Assembly: GCA_964530625.1 (NCBI GenBank)
Contig: CAZHAK010000003.1
Span: 35,476 to 99,475 of the forward strand
DNA length: 64,000 nt
Direction of reading: 5' to 3'
Origin: an uncultured Alphaproteobacteria bacterium
Lineage (GTDB): Bacteria; Electryoneota; RPQS01
Position 1 is the first letter of the stretch. Each line of letters starts with the position of its first letter. The notes beneath the pieces are model-generated. The model ran no database searches, was not told the origin of the DNA, and saw nothing but the letters and a program-made list of their open reading frames with translations. The translations under genes were made by a program, and so were the position numbers. Positions 42,997 through 52,975 of this stretch are shown piece after piece.

Positions 42997-45231
42997 ATGT
43001 CTCAAAATCATACAAACCACGGCGAGCACGACGAGCACTCGCACCATCATTCTGCGACCTCGGGCGCATCACAGTCGCAGGAGATAATCGCCAAGAGTGT
43101 TCCCAGTGAAGGGAGCGTTTACACTTGCCCGATGCACCCTGAAGTGCGACAAATCGGGCCGGGTTCATGCCCGATTTGCGGCATGGCCCTGGAACCTGTT
43201 GCTCCTTCTTTAGAAGACGAGGGCGAAGACTCTGAACTGATTGACATGACGCGCCGATTCTGGTTCAGCGCACTGCTCTCGCTTCCTTTGCTTGTGATAG
43301 CCATGTGGGATCACATTTTCAGTATGCCAATCTCGAGCATCTTTCAGGAGCAAGCGCTGGTCTGGGCGCAACTCTTGCTTGCGACACCCGTTGTGATTTG
43401 GGGCGGCTGGCCTTTTTTTGTGCGAGGCTGGCACTCAGTGCTAAACATCAGTCCCAACATGTTCACGCTTATCGCGATCGGCGTCGGCGCGGCCTATCTT
43501 TACAGTCTTGTTGCAGCGCTCTTCCCAAGTGTGTTTCCTGCGTCGATGCAATCTGAATCCGGATTTGTTGAGCTATATTTTGAACCCGCGGCAGTGATCG
43601 TGGCGTTGGTACTGTTGGGGCAGGTTCTTGAGTTACGCGCGCGCAGCAATACCTCGCGAGCCATCAAGGCGTTGCTTGGCCTTGCGCCCAAAACCGCTCG
43701 ACTCATTCATGCCAACGGGCAGGAAATGGACATCCCATTATCTGACGTTCATGTCGGGAATTTTTTGCGCGTCCGGCCCGGTGATAAGGTGCCTGTTGAC
43801 GGCGTTGTTGAGGACGGTAAGAGCAACGTGGACGAATCTATGATTTCCGGCGAGCCTGTGCCTGTAACGAAAGAAAAGGGCGACGCTGTTATCGGCGGCA
43901 CGTTGAACGGGACGGGGAGCCTGATAATGAAGGCGACCAAAGTCGGTTCAGAGACTCTCCTTGCACAAATCGTTCGCATGGTCAGCGAGGCGCAGCGAAG
44001 CAGAGCGCCGGTTCAACGACTGGTGGATGTCGTGTCCGCGTGGTTTGTTCCGGCTGTCATTGTAGTTGCCATATTAACGTTCTTTATCTGGCTGATATGG
44101 GGACCTGACCCTGCGTTAAGTTTTGCGATTGTAAATGCCGTTGCTGTTTTGATTATCGCCTGTCCTTGCGCGTTGGGATTAGCGACACCCATGTCAATCA
44201 TGGTAGGCACGGGGCGCGGGGCCTTGGAGGGTGTTCTGATCAAGAACGCGCAAGCGCTTGAGGTCATGGAGAAAGTCGACACTCTGGTGGTGGATAAAAC
44301 CGGTACTCTGACGGAAGGAAAACCCAAGCTTGTCAGTGTTGTCGCGATGGACGGCTTTGACGAGGATCGTGTATTGTACTTGGCCGCGTCACTTGAACAG
44401 AGCAGCGAGCATCCCCTGGCTTCTGCCGTTGTGCACGGAGCGCATCAGCGAAACGTCCAACTATTGAAAGCCACTGATTTTCAGTCTACTACCGGCCAGG
44501 GCGTTCAAGGAATTGTGGGGGGGCATCGCGTAGCTATTGGAAACATGAAACTTCTTGAAGCCCACAAGCTGGATCCTACGCCACTTTACGCTCGCGCCGA
44601 GGCAAAGCGCGGTGAAGGACAGACTGTGATGTATGTTAGCGTGGACGATGCGGTGGCAGGAATCCTCGGAGTCGCCGATCCCATTAAGGAGAGTGCGCGG
44701 GAAGCTCTTAGACTGCTGCGTGAAGAGGGTCTCGAGATAATCATGCTTACTGGCGACTATCGCACCACGGCAGAAACAGTTGGACGACAACTTGGAATTG
44801 AACGGATTAAGTCTGATGTTCTGCCTGAACAAAAGAGTGAGTTTATCCGGGAGTTGCAATCTAAGGGACGTATCGTTGCTATGGCAGGCGACGGAGTGAA
44901 CGACGCGCCGGCTTTAGCGTTGGCACATATCGGCATTGCGATGGGAACCGGTACTGATATCGCTATGGAGAGTGCGCATGTCACGCTGATAAAAGGCGAT
45001 CTCCGGGGGATTGTGCGCGCGAGAAAACTCAGCCACGCAACTATGAAGAATATTCGACAGAATCTCTTCTTCGCGTTCATCTACAATGCACTGGGTGTGC
45101 CAGTTGCCGCCGGGGTTTTGTATCCATGGTTCGGACTGCTTTTGAGTCCAATCATCGCCAGCGCCGCCATGACTTTTAGCTCCGTTTCGGTTATTGCAAA
45201 TGCGCTGAGACTTAACCGTGTGAAGCTTTAG
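42997..45231 (+). CDS. copA: P1B-1 type Cu(I)/Ag(I)-translocating P-type ATPase
   Basis: [23 protein letters not shown]6 CPC, TM7 N-x6-YN-x4-P ([14 protein letters not shown]) and TM8 P-x6-M-x2-SS ([12 protein letters not shown]). N-terminal His-rich stretch plus [26 protein letters not shown]. Confidence 0.95.
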   Translation: MSQNHTNHGEHDEHSHHHSATSGASQSQEIIAKSVPSEGSVYTCPMHPEVRQIGPGSCPICGMALEPVAPSLEDEGEDSELIDMTRRFWFSALLSLPLLVIAMWDHIFSMPISSIFQEQALVWAQLLLATPVVIWGGWPFFVRGWHSVLNISPNMFTLIAIGVGAAYLYSLVAALFPSVFPASMQSESGFVELYFEPAAVIVALVLLGQVLELRARSNTSRAIKALLGLAPKTARLIHANGQEMDIPLSDVHVGNFLRVRPGDKVPVDGVVEDGKSNVDESMISGEPVPVTKEKGDAVIGGTLNGTGSLIMKATKVGSETLLAQIVRMVSEAQRSRAPVQRLVDVVSAWFVPAVIVVAILTFFIWLIWGPDPALSFAIVNAVAVLIIACPCALGLATPMSIMVGTGRGALEGVLIKNAQALEVMEKVDTLVVDKTGTLTEGKPKLVSVVAMDGFDEDRVLYLAASLEQSSEHPLASAVVHGAHQRNVQLLKATDFQSTTGQGVQGIVGGHRVAIGNMKLLEAHKLDPTPLYARAEAKRGEGQTVMYVSVDDAVAGILGVADPIKESAREALRLLREEGLEIIMLTGDYRTTAETVGRQLGIERIKSDVLPEQKSEFIRELQSKGRIVAMAGDGVNDAPALALAHIGIAMGTGTDIAMESAHVTLIKGDLRGIVRARKLSHATMKNIRQNLFFAFIYNALGVPVAAGVLYPWFGLLLSPIIASAAMTFSSVSVIANALRLNRVKL

Positions 45232-45418
45232 TTTCCACTTTGAATATGGAAACGAGCCGACGACATGCGATGAAGACGCACGCTATTGTTCCGACACTTG
45301 AGGTAAGCCCCCTCGCATTTGAAGACAGCCCTTGATCGGAATTTTCAGGGTCCAACTTGTTTTGGAATCGCTCATTGATTGAGCACTACACATATTAGTT
45401 AAACAGGAAGTTAATCTT

Positions 45419-46393
45419 ATGAAAGCAGCCGTTTATACAAAATATGGTCCGCCGGATGTTCTTCGGATTAGGGAGATCGAAAAACCTGCTCCCAAAGACA
45501 ACGAGATTCTGATCAAAGTTCATGCAACTACTGTCACCTCTGGGGATGCACGTATGCGAGGCTTCAATGTCCCTCCGGGATTCTGGCTACCCGCGCGGCT
45601 TGGGATGGGAATCACCGGGCCGAGAGCAACCGTGCTTGGAACCGAGCTGGCCGGAGAGGTTGAAGCTGTTGGAAAGCACGTGACGCTCTTCAAAACAGGT
45701 GACAAAGTGTTTGCCGGAACAGGTATGAGTTTGGGCGCAAATGTCGAGTACAAAAGTTTGCCGGAAGACGCGGCTGTTACTCTGATGCCAAGCAATATGA
45801 GCTACGACGAAGCCGCGACCATTCCGTTCGGTGCGACGACGGCGCTCTACTTTCTAAAGCACAAAGGGAATATCCAGAGTGATGAGAAAGTCTTGGTCTA
45901 TGGCGCGTCGGGGTCTTTGGGCACGGCAGGAGTCCAATTGGCAAGATACTTCGGCTGCGAAGTCACGGGAGTTTGCAGTACAGGAAATCTGGATTTGGTG
46001 AAATCACTCGGTGCGGACAAAGTGATTGATTACACTAAACAAGATTTTACGAAATCCAGTGCGACTTACGACATCATCTTCGATACGGTGGGCAAGACCT
46101 CGTTTTCCGGCTGCAAAAAGTCATTGACGGCAGCGGGCCGTTACGCTGCCGCGGTGGCCGGATTGCCTGTGTTCGGGCGAATGCTTAGGAATTCGATCTT
46201 TGGTGGCAGGAAAGTGATTGCGGGAGTTGCCAGCGAGCGCAAGGAGGATCTCGAGTTCCTGAAAGGGATTGTTGAGGCCGGGGCCTATCGGTCGGTGATT
46301 GATAGGCGGTTCCCGTTTGAAAAGATTGCCGAGGCACACCGGTACGTTGAATTGGGGCACAAAAAGGGAAACGTGGTACTTACAATTTGTTGA
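45419..46393 (+). CDS. NAD(P)-dependent medium-chain dehydrogenase/quinone oxidoreductase
   Basis: 324 aa. MDR fold with the nucleotide-binding motif VYGASGSLGTAGVQLA. Confidence 0.85.
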   Translation: MKAAVYTKYGPPDVLRIREIEKPAPKDNEILIKVHATTVTSGDARMRGFNVPPGFWLPARLGMGITGPRATVLGTELAGEVEAVGKHVTLFKTGDKVFAGTGMSLGANVEYKSLPEDAAVTLMPSNMSYDEAATIPFGATTALYFLKHKGNIQSDEKVLVYGASGSLGTAGVQLARYFGCEVTGVCSTGNLDLVKSLGADKVIDYTKQDFTKSSATYDIIFDTVGKTSFSGCKKSLTAAGRYAAAVAGLPVFGRMLRNSIFGGRKVIAGVASERKEDLEFLKGIVEAGAYRSVIDRRFPFEKIAEAHRYVELGHKKGNVVLTIC

Positions 46394-46519
46394 ACACTTG
46401 AACAATTTCACAGGTGTAAAGGTAAAAGAACCTTGTAGGATGCATTATTTGAAATTTGCGGAGGGGAACGCACAGCTTGAATCTCAAGTTCAATTGGCGT
46501 ATGTTTGTACATGGCCAAT

Positions 46520-46535
46520 CGGCACGGGTCTTGCG
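46520..46535 (+). promoter_or_regulatory. candidate sigma-54 (-24/-12) promoter of the second RND operon
   Basis: cGGCACGggtcTTGCg matches TGGCACG-N4-TTGCW at 11 of 12 defined positions. Lies about 55 nt upstream of ATG 46589. Confidence 0.65.
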
Positions 46536-46588
46536 CATTCTATAGTGTTACGAATTGGATGCCATTTGCCACAATCAAACCCCATGAA

Positions 46589-46888
46589 ATGCTGAATATT
46601 GCGCGACTCATTTTACTGCTGGCGGTGTTAACGTCAGCCGGTGTGCCCTCCATCTTGGAGTATTGGCACCATGATGACGCGCACCATCATCATGCGGAAG
46701 AGACTTCCGAATGTTCAGATACTCAGTGTGATTGCGGGTGCGTTGGCCACTCTGGCACTTCGGCGGTGATAGAAACTCATGGCTTTGATTTCTTGTTTGC
46801 GATTAACTTAACTGAGGAAAACTATTCTTCTTTTGTTCTGGACATAGCTCCGGAACAGCCGGACCGACCTCCACGACTGTTCTCCTAA
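46589..46888 (+). CDS. small His/Cys-rich exported or anchored protein
   Basis: MLNIARLILLLAVLTSAGVPS, then EYWHHDDAHHHHAEETSECSDTQCDCGCVGHSG. First ORF after the sigma-54 promoter. Confidence 0.5.
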   Translation: MLNIARLILLLAVLTSAGVPSILEYWHHDDAHHHHAEETSECSDTQCDCGCVGHSGTSAVIETHGFDFLFAINLTEENYSSFVLDIAPEQPDRPPRLFS

Positions 46889-46952
46889 TTCCATTGACGC
46901 CAATACTCCGTGACTTCACGGTGGGTTTGTTTATGACTTAAGGAGAACAGGT

Positions 46953-48200
46953 ATGCGAGTCCCTCATCGGGATACGCCGCTCACTGTTCGAGCGGCTTTT
47001 TTGTTTTTAATATCTTCGATTGCAGTAGTTTCGGCGGAAGCGAAGGATTTGTCCGATCTTTTTGCCGCGATGGACTCGCAATCAGTTGTGATTGCACAGG
47101 CGCGAACAGAGTTGGCCGACGTGCAAAGACAGTATCAGGCGAGTCGGGCTATTCCCAATCCGTCACTCGGTTTTGATCATGAGCGGATAGAAGTGAACGA
47201 TGTCACGGAGAAGGAAACCGTGTACTCGATTACTCAGCCGCTTGGCTTCCTATGGACCTATGGCGCGAGTCGCGCAGGTGCGAAGCATGCGTTGGAGTCG
47301 GCGGCGGCACGCTATGAGGAAACACGAAAAGACACGTATGTGCAAGCCGTTGCCGCCGCGCTCGATGTGAAGGCGACCGCCAAACAAATGACTTACGCTG
47401 ACACGGTGTTGAACCGGACACGCGGTCTCGTCAACGCGATGCAAAAGCGGTTAGAGTTTGGAGACGTGTCTGAGTTTGAATTGAATAGATTGCAAGCGGA
47501 ACTATTGCTGACGGAACAGGAACGACAAGAGTTGCTGAGCGAGTATCAGAACGCTGCACGACTGTTTACACAAGTTTCCGGACTACCTGTCTCTTGGTGC
47601 GAAATGTTATCTCTGACAGAATCACTTGATGTGCCATTTACTTCGGAAGATGACGCGGTCAGTCACGCGTTGAACAATAGAGCAATTCTGAAGCAGGCTT
47701 TGGCAAACGAAGCCTCTGCTGTGTCTTATCACTCGACGGCCAAGCGAAATCGCCTACCGGACATTAGCGCGAGCATCGGGCGCAAGACGGTCGCACCGAG
47801 TTTCGACGGAATGGTCGTCGGAGCAGAAATTGAAGTACCGATATTTTCGCAAAGGCGAAGCGACGTGCAGTTCACACGGGCGCGGCTCTATGAATCCAAG
47901 TTGCAAAGTTCTGCGGCAGCGACGCGTGTCGAACAGGAAACTCGGCAAGCTTATCGCATTTGGCAGAGCAGTCGAGACAGAAGGCTGGAAACGAGCAGCG
48001 GAGAGCAAAGCATACTTGCAAACCTCGACCGTGGACTTTCCATGTACGCACAAGGCGAACTTTCCGCAATGGAACTCGTCGACGTTCTGCGAAGCGGTTC
48101 TGATGTCCTTGCGGCACGGAACAGCTTCGACAACTTGCGGCTTCTGTCCGCGCTCGAATTGCGCCGAATCACCGGACTATCTTTGGAGGGTGGACAATGA
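46953..48200 (+). CDS. TolC-family outer-membrane efflux protein (CzcC-like)
   Basis: Signal peptide and OEP two-repeat architecture. AAGGAG RBS. Overlaps the next gene by 4 nt. Confidence 0.8.
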   Translation: MRVPHRDTPLTVRAAFLFLISSIAVVSAEAKDLSDLFAAMDSQSVVIAQARTELADVQRQYQASRAIPNPSLGFDHERIEVNDVTEKETVYSITQPLGFLWTYGASRAGAKHALESAAARYEETRKDTYVQAVAAALDVKATAKQMTYADTVLNRTRGLVNAMQKRLEFGDVSEFELNRLQAELLLTEQERQELLSEYQNAARLFTQVSGLPVSWCEMLSLTESLDVPFTSEDDAVSHALNNRAILKQALANEASAVSYHSTAKRNRLPDISASIGRKTVAPSFDGMVVGAEIEVPIFSQRRSDVQFTRARLYESKLQSSAAATRVEQETRQAYRIWQSSRDRRLETSSGEQSILANLDRGLSMYAQGELSAMELVDVLRSGSDVLAARNSFDNLRLLSALELRRITGLSLEGGQ

Positions 48201-49807
48201 AACAGAGTTTTCTCATTCTAATATATTTTCTCTTCCTCGTGATGGCAATCGCAACCGGATGCCAGCAGGATGCTTCACAAACGAAGAAAGCGGAAAGCGA
48301 TAGCCATGCAGGTCATGAACACAATGGCCACGATGATCATGCGGGCCATGACGATCACGGGGGCCACGATCACGACGGTCATGCAGATGGTGAAAGCGTC
48401 GTCGTCGAGACGATTTGGCAGGATGGTTTGGAAATGTTCGGAGAGTGGCCTCCTTTCGAAGCGGGTCATAGCTCACGAGCAGTCTTGCACTTCACGAGTC
48501 TGGAATCTTTTCAACCCGCAACGGAAGGGCCGCTCACGATTAGCTGGCTTACCGGTGACGAGATCGTCAAGTCGCAAGTCGTTGAATCTGTTACACGCGC
48601 CGGAATCTTTATCGTTGACATCGCACCGCCTGCTGCCGGGACATATCGCCTGACGATGAGCTTGGCTTCTCCGCAAATGAGCGGAACCATCACTCTGCCT
48701 TTGGTGCGAGTCTTTGCGGATCATGCGCCACCTATAGCACTGAGCGGCCATGGCGAAGAAGAAATTTCATTCTTGAAAGAACAGCAGTGGATATTAGGCA
48801 CGAAGATCGAGAAAGTTGAGCGCAGAGATATTCACGACAATGTGCGCGCGCCCGGCGAGTTGAAACCTGCCGGTAACAAGACATCCGAAGTGTACGCTTC
48901 GTTTGCCGGAGTTCTGCTGCCCGACCCAACGAATGGAGCCGTTCGGCATGGCCAAACCGTGCGCAAGGGGCAAGCCCTGGCGATGATTTCACCTTCGCCT
49001 AATGCGGAGAACAGCTGGTACGAACTGCAAGGTGAGTATCGCTTGGCGAAAGCGGAGTTGGCCCGCGTTGAACGTCTATTTGATGAGAGCGCCGTTTCTA
49101 AACGAAGGTTGGAAGAAGCCCGCCAGTTACTAACTGTCAAGAGAGCACAATTGAACGCAGCGCTTGGCGGAGCTGAGCTGGAAGAAGAAGATGGCGAGGT
49201 GCCGTATTTTACGATTCGCTCGCCGCGTGATGGAGTTATCGCGGACCATGACGCGGCCTATGGCGCGTATGTCCATTCCGGTCAAAAGCTATTCAGCGTT
49301 GTCGACCCCGATATCGTGTGGCTGGACGTTCAAGTCGCCGCCGCGGATGTTCGCAACGAGCGCAATATCCGTAGCGCATACTTCCAGTTGAACGGAACCG
49401 AGCAGATTTATTCAACCGATCAGTTCGACGGAAAAGTCATCGCATCGGGAACCGTGCTCGATCCGCAGACGCGGCGTATTCCCGTGACGTTTGAACTGAA
49501 CAATTCCGACGGAGTGCTCCGCGTCGGAGAATTTGTTCAAGTGGATTTGCAAACTTCTGCCTCTCGAAACGCAGTCGTTGTGCCGAAAACTTCAATTGTC
49601 GAGGACGGCGGTGCGCCAGTCGCGTATGTTCAGACAGGCGGCGAGTCGTTTGAGCGGCGCATCGTGGTTACGGGAGCCACTGACGGCCCGTGGGTGGAAA
49701 TTCTCTCCGGAGTGAAAGTAGGCGAGCGAGTGGTCACGGCTGGTGCTTACAAAATTAAACTTGCAACGAGCAGTACCGGCGAAATCGGTCACGGCCATGC
49801 ACACTAA
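48197..49807 (+). CDS. efflux RND periplasmic adaptor with a His-rich N-terminal tract
   Basis: Lipobox-like AIATGC, HAGHEHNGHDDHAGHDDHGGHDHDGHADGE, HlyD-type core and C-terminal GEIGHGHAH. Confidence 0.9.
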   Translation: MKQSFLILIYFLFLVMAIATGCQQDASQTKKAESDSHAGHEHNGHDDHAGHDDHGGHDHDGHADGESVVVETIWQDGLEMFGEWPPFEAGHSSRAVLHFTSLESFQPATEGPLTISWLTGDEIVKSQVVESVTRAGIFIVDIAPPAAGTYRLTMSLASPQMSGTITLPLVRVFADHAPPIALSGHGEEEISFLKEQQWILGTKIEKVERRDIHDNVRAPGELKPAGNKTSEVYASFAGVLLPDPTNGAVRHGQTVRKGQALAMISPSPNAENSWYELQGEYRLAKAELARVERLFDESAVSKRRLEEARQLLTVKRAQLNAALGGAELEEEDGEVPYFTIRSPRDGVIADHDAAYGAYVHSGQKLFSVVDPDIVWLDVQVAAADVRNERNIRSAYFQLNGTEQIYSTDQFDGKVIASGTVLDPQTRRIPVTFELNNSDGVLRVGEFVQVDLQTSASRNAVVVPKTSIVEDGGAPVAYVQTGGESFERRIVVTGATDGPWVEILSGVKVGERVVTAGAYKIKLATSSTGEIGHGHAH

Positions 49808-49816
49808 GGGGGCCGC

Positions 49817-52800
49817 ATGTTTAATTATATAATTCGTAAATCGCTTGAAAAACGGTTTCACGTTCTATTGACCGCTTTAGCGATTCTGATTGCCGGAACG
49901 TACATCGCGCAGAAAATGCCGATTGATATTTTTCCAGAACTGACGGCTCCCACAGTGTCTGTACTCGCCGATGTTCATGGACTTGCGCCGGAAGAAATCG
50001 AAAATTTGGTCGCTTTCCCGATTGAATCGGCAATGAACGGAGCAACCGGCGTGCGCCGTGTGAGATCTTCCATCTCGGCGGGAATGGCAATTGTCTGGGT
50101 AGAATTTACGTGGGGTACCGACATCTTGCAGGCGCGTCAGATTGTGACGGAGAGATTGCAATCCGTCATGGGAAACTTGCCGCCTGACATGACGCCGCCG
50201 ATGCTTGCACCGATTGCCTCCATCATGGGCGAAGTAATGCTCATCAGTGTCCGCAGCGATTCGCTAAGCGGACCGGACTTGCGCTCGTATTCTGATAATG
50301 TTTTGCGCAAACGATTGCTGGCAATTCCCGGCGTCGCGCAAGTTGTTTCCATAGGGATGCAAGTTAAGCAGTATCAGATTATCGTTAAACCTGAGCAACT
50401 GCTCGCATATCACGTATCGCTCGAGGAAGTTTTGGAAGCCGCGCGGATGTCGAGCGAAAACACGACCGGCGGCTTTTTGATTCAGGGTGGGCAAGAGCAT
50501 TTGATTCGAGGCATCGGACGAGTGAAATCTGTTGATGACATCGGCAGAACAGTTGTTACGATGCGTGACGGCGCGCCCATTCTCATTGATCAAGTTGCCG
50601 ATGTGCGGATTGGCGGAAGCATTCCAACGGGAACGGCCTCCGTGCAAGGTAAGGATGCCGTCCTCTTGACCGTGCAAAAGCAGCCGGGCGCCAACACACT
50701 TGAACTGACTAAGCGTGTTGACATTGTGGCGGCGGAACTGCAAAAACTAGCGCCCGCCGATATCAAAGTTCGCACGGACGTTTTCCGGCAGGCAAGCTTT
50801 ATCGAGATCGCGGTTCGTAACGTAATGAACGCCTTGCGAGACGGTGCGATTTTGGTGACGATCATCCTGCTGCTATTTTTAGGAAATCTGCGAACGACGT
50901 TTATCAGCTTGTTGGCGATTCCCCTGTCCGTTGTGTTGGCGATTTTTGTCCTGAATTTGATGGGCAGTACGATCAACACTATGACCTTGGGTGGATTGGC
51001 GATTGCCATCGGCTTGCTTGTGGACGACGCGATCATTGACGTCGAGAACGTTTATCGGCGATTGCGGCTGAATGCGCTGAAACCCGCGGCAGAGCGTAAC
51101 TCTCGATTCGACGTTATCTACCGAGCCTCGCTCGAAGTGCGAAAGCCGATTGTCGTCGCGACGTTGATCATCATTGCCGTCTTCACTCCGTTGTTCTTTC
51201 TGTCCGGAGTTGAAGGCCGCTTACTAAGGCCACTTGGAGTCTCCTTCGTCATCTCCATTCTTGGATCACTGCTGGTCGCTGTCACGGTCGTGCCTGCGCT
51301 GTCCTATTATTTGTTGGGAAAGTTTAAGCAGCATCAAATTGAGCACGAGCCGTGGCTGGTTCGCAAGCTAAAGGCGCTTTATCGTCCGATACTGGACTTT
51401 GCTCTGAAACATGCTATGTCTGTTATCACGTTTTCCGTGCTGCTGTTGGTCGTGTCGGTCGTGCTCTATTCACGTTTCGGCCAAGCCTTTCTGCCCGAGT
51501 TTAACGAGGGTTCGCTGACGGTTATCTCTGTATCCCCACCCGGTACCTCGCTTCAGGAGTCGCATGAAATTGCTCGAATGATCGAGGAAATCGTAATGGC
51601 GCAACCCGGCGTGGCAAGCGTGGCCCGCCGCACCGGACGTGGCGAGTTGGATGAACACGCTCTGGGATCGAACGCGAGTGAAATGGAGGCTCGTCTTGAC
51701 GACGGTATTGACAAGGAACAATTGCTGGAAGAGTTGCGCAGTAAACTAACAATTGTGCCTGGTACCAATATCAGTTTGGGTCAGCCGATTTCGCATCGCA
51801 TTGATCATATGCTCAGCGGGACTCAAGCCGCCATCGCTGTGAAATTGTATGGCGATAATCTGACGGAACTGAGACGAACGGCGGATCTCATCAAAGAAGA
51901 GATGATGCAAGTCGACGGTATTGTTGATTTGGCGGTAGAGCCGCAAATCGAAGTTCCGCAGTTGCGAATCGAAATGAATCGGGAAGCAATGAGCCAATAC
52001 GGCGTCAGACCCGTGGAACTTGCTGAAGCAATTGAAACGGCTTTTAACGGACAAATTGTTGGTCGTGTCTTGGAAGGACAAAATGCGTACGACATGATTG
52101 TACGATACGATGAAAGCGCGAAAGCAGATACCGCGGCAATCGTCAGAACGCCGTTCCATACGTCTTATGGTCATTTTGTAATGCTGAGAGATTTGGCGAC
52201 GATTTACGCTTCCACCGGGCCGAACATGATCTCGCGCGAAAAAGTCAGCCGTAAAATTGTTGTCCAAGCGAACGTCGCCGGCCGAGACCTCGGGAGTGTC
52301 GTTCGTGACGTGCAGGATCGCGTGACCAAAAACGTAACGCTTCCGGAAGGATACTTTGTCTCCTATGGCGGCCAATTTGAAAGTGCTGAGAGTGCCAGCA
52401 GAATCATCGGACTCCTGACCGTATTAGCGATTGCTGCCATCTTTATGCTGCTGTTTTCTGAGTTCGGGAATTTCCGCGATGCGCTGTTGGTGATGGTGAA
52501 TCTGCCTTTGGCGTTGATCGGCGGCGTGTTTGCGATTGGTATGAGTGACGGCATTGTTTCCATTGCATCATTGGTCGGCTTTGTGACCCTGTTTGGGATT
52601 GCCGCACGTAACGGGATTCTCCTGATTTCACATTACCGCAATCTCATGCGCGATGAAAATCTGCCTTTACATGAAGCGGTTGTTCGCGGCAGTCTCGAGC
52701 GCATGAATCCGATCCTGATGACGGCGTTGTGCGCCGGATTGGCGCTGGTTCCACTTGCCGCTGCCGGAACTCAGCCGGGAAATGAAATCCAATCTCCGAT

Positions 52801-52900
52801 GGCTATTGTTATCTTGGGTGGACTCATGTCCTCTACTATACTGAATATGGTTGTCGTGCCGACTTTGTTTGCGCGATTCGGCAAACCCGAAGCACAGTAG
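49817..52900 (+). CDS. heavy-metal efflux RND pump (CzcA/CusA superfamily, second paralog)
   Basis: 1027 aa with RND architecture. Its TM4 motif GGLAIAIGLLVDDAIIDVENVYRR differs from that of the first pump. Confidence 0.9.
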   Translation: MFNYIIRKSLEKRFHVLLTALAILIAGTYIAQKMPIDIFPELTAPTVSVLADVHGLAPEEIENLVAFPIESAMNGATGVRRVRSSISAGMAIVWVEFTWGTDILQARQIVTERLQSVMGNLPPDMTPPMLAPIASIMGEVMLISVRSDSLSGPDLRSYSDNVLRKRLLAIPGVAQVVSIGMQVKQYQIIVKPEQLLAYHVSLEEVLEAARMSSENTTGGFLIQGGQEHLIRGIGRVKSVDDIGRTVVTMRDGAPILIDQVADVRIGGSIPTGTASVQGKDAVLLTVQKQPGANTLELTKRVDIVAAELQKLAPADIKVRTDVFRQASFIEIAVRNVMNALRDGAILVTIILLLFLGNLRTTFISLLAIPLSVVLAIFVLNLMGSTINTMTLGGLAIAIGLLVDDAIIDVENVYRRLRLNALKPAAERNSRFDVIYRASLEVRKPIVVATLIIIAVFTPLFFLSGVEGRLLRPLGVSFVISILGSLLVAVTVVPALSYYLLGKFKQHQIEHEPWLVRKLKALYRPILDFALKHAMSVITFSVLLLVVSVVLYSRFGQAFLPEFNEGSLTVISVSPPGTSLQESHEIARMIEEIVMAQPGVASVARRTGRGELDEHALGSNASEMEARLDDGIDKEQLLEELRSKLTIVPGTNISLGQPISHRIDHMLSGTQAAIAVKLYGDNLTELRRTADLIKEEMMQVDGIVDLAVEPQIEVPQLRIEMNREAMSQYGVRPVELAEAIETAFNGQIVGRVLEGQNAYDMIVRYDESAKADTAAIVRTPFHTSYGHFVMLRDLATIYASTGPNMISREKVSRKIVVQANVAGRDLGSVVRDVQDRVTKNVTLPEGYFVSYGGQFESAESASRIIGLLTVLAIAAIFMLLFSEFGNFRDALLVMVNLPLALIGGVFAIGMSDGIVSIASLVGFVTLFGIAARNGILLISHYRNLMRDENLPLHEAVVRGSLERMNPILMTALCAGLALVPLAAAGTQPGNEIQSPMAIVILGGLMSSTILNMVVVPTLFARFGKPEAQ

Positions 52901-52923
52901 CTAAAAGGCGAACGTTCAAAATG

Positions 52924-52956
52924 AAAAGCCCTTGACACAACGTCAAGGGCTTTCTG
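52924..52956. terminator. bidirectional terminator between convergent operons
   Basis: aaaagcccttgac-acaac-gtcaagggctttc. Confidence 0.8.
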
Positions 52957-52975
52957 CTTTAGAAGGATGCCGCAG

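Noticed and set aside
45246-45335. Short ATG ORF (about 29 aa) after copA
   Set aside because: There is no RBS and no recognisable peptide features. It lies just after a weak hairpin, so it is probably non-coding.
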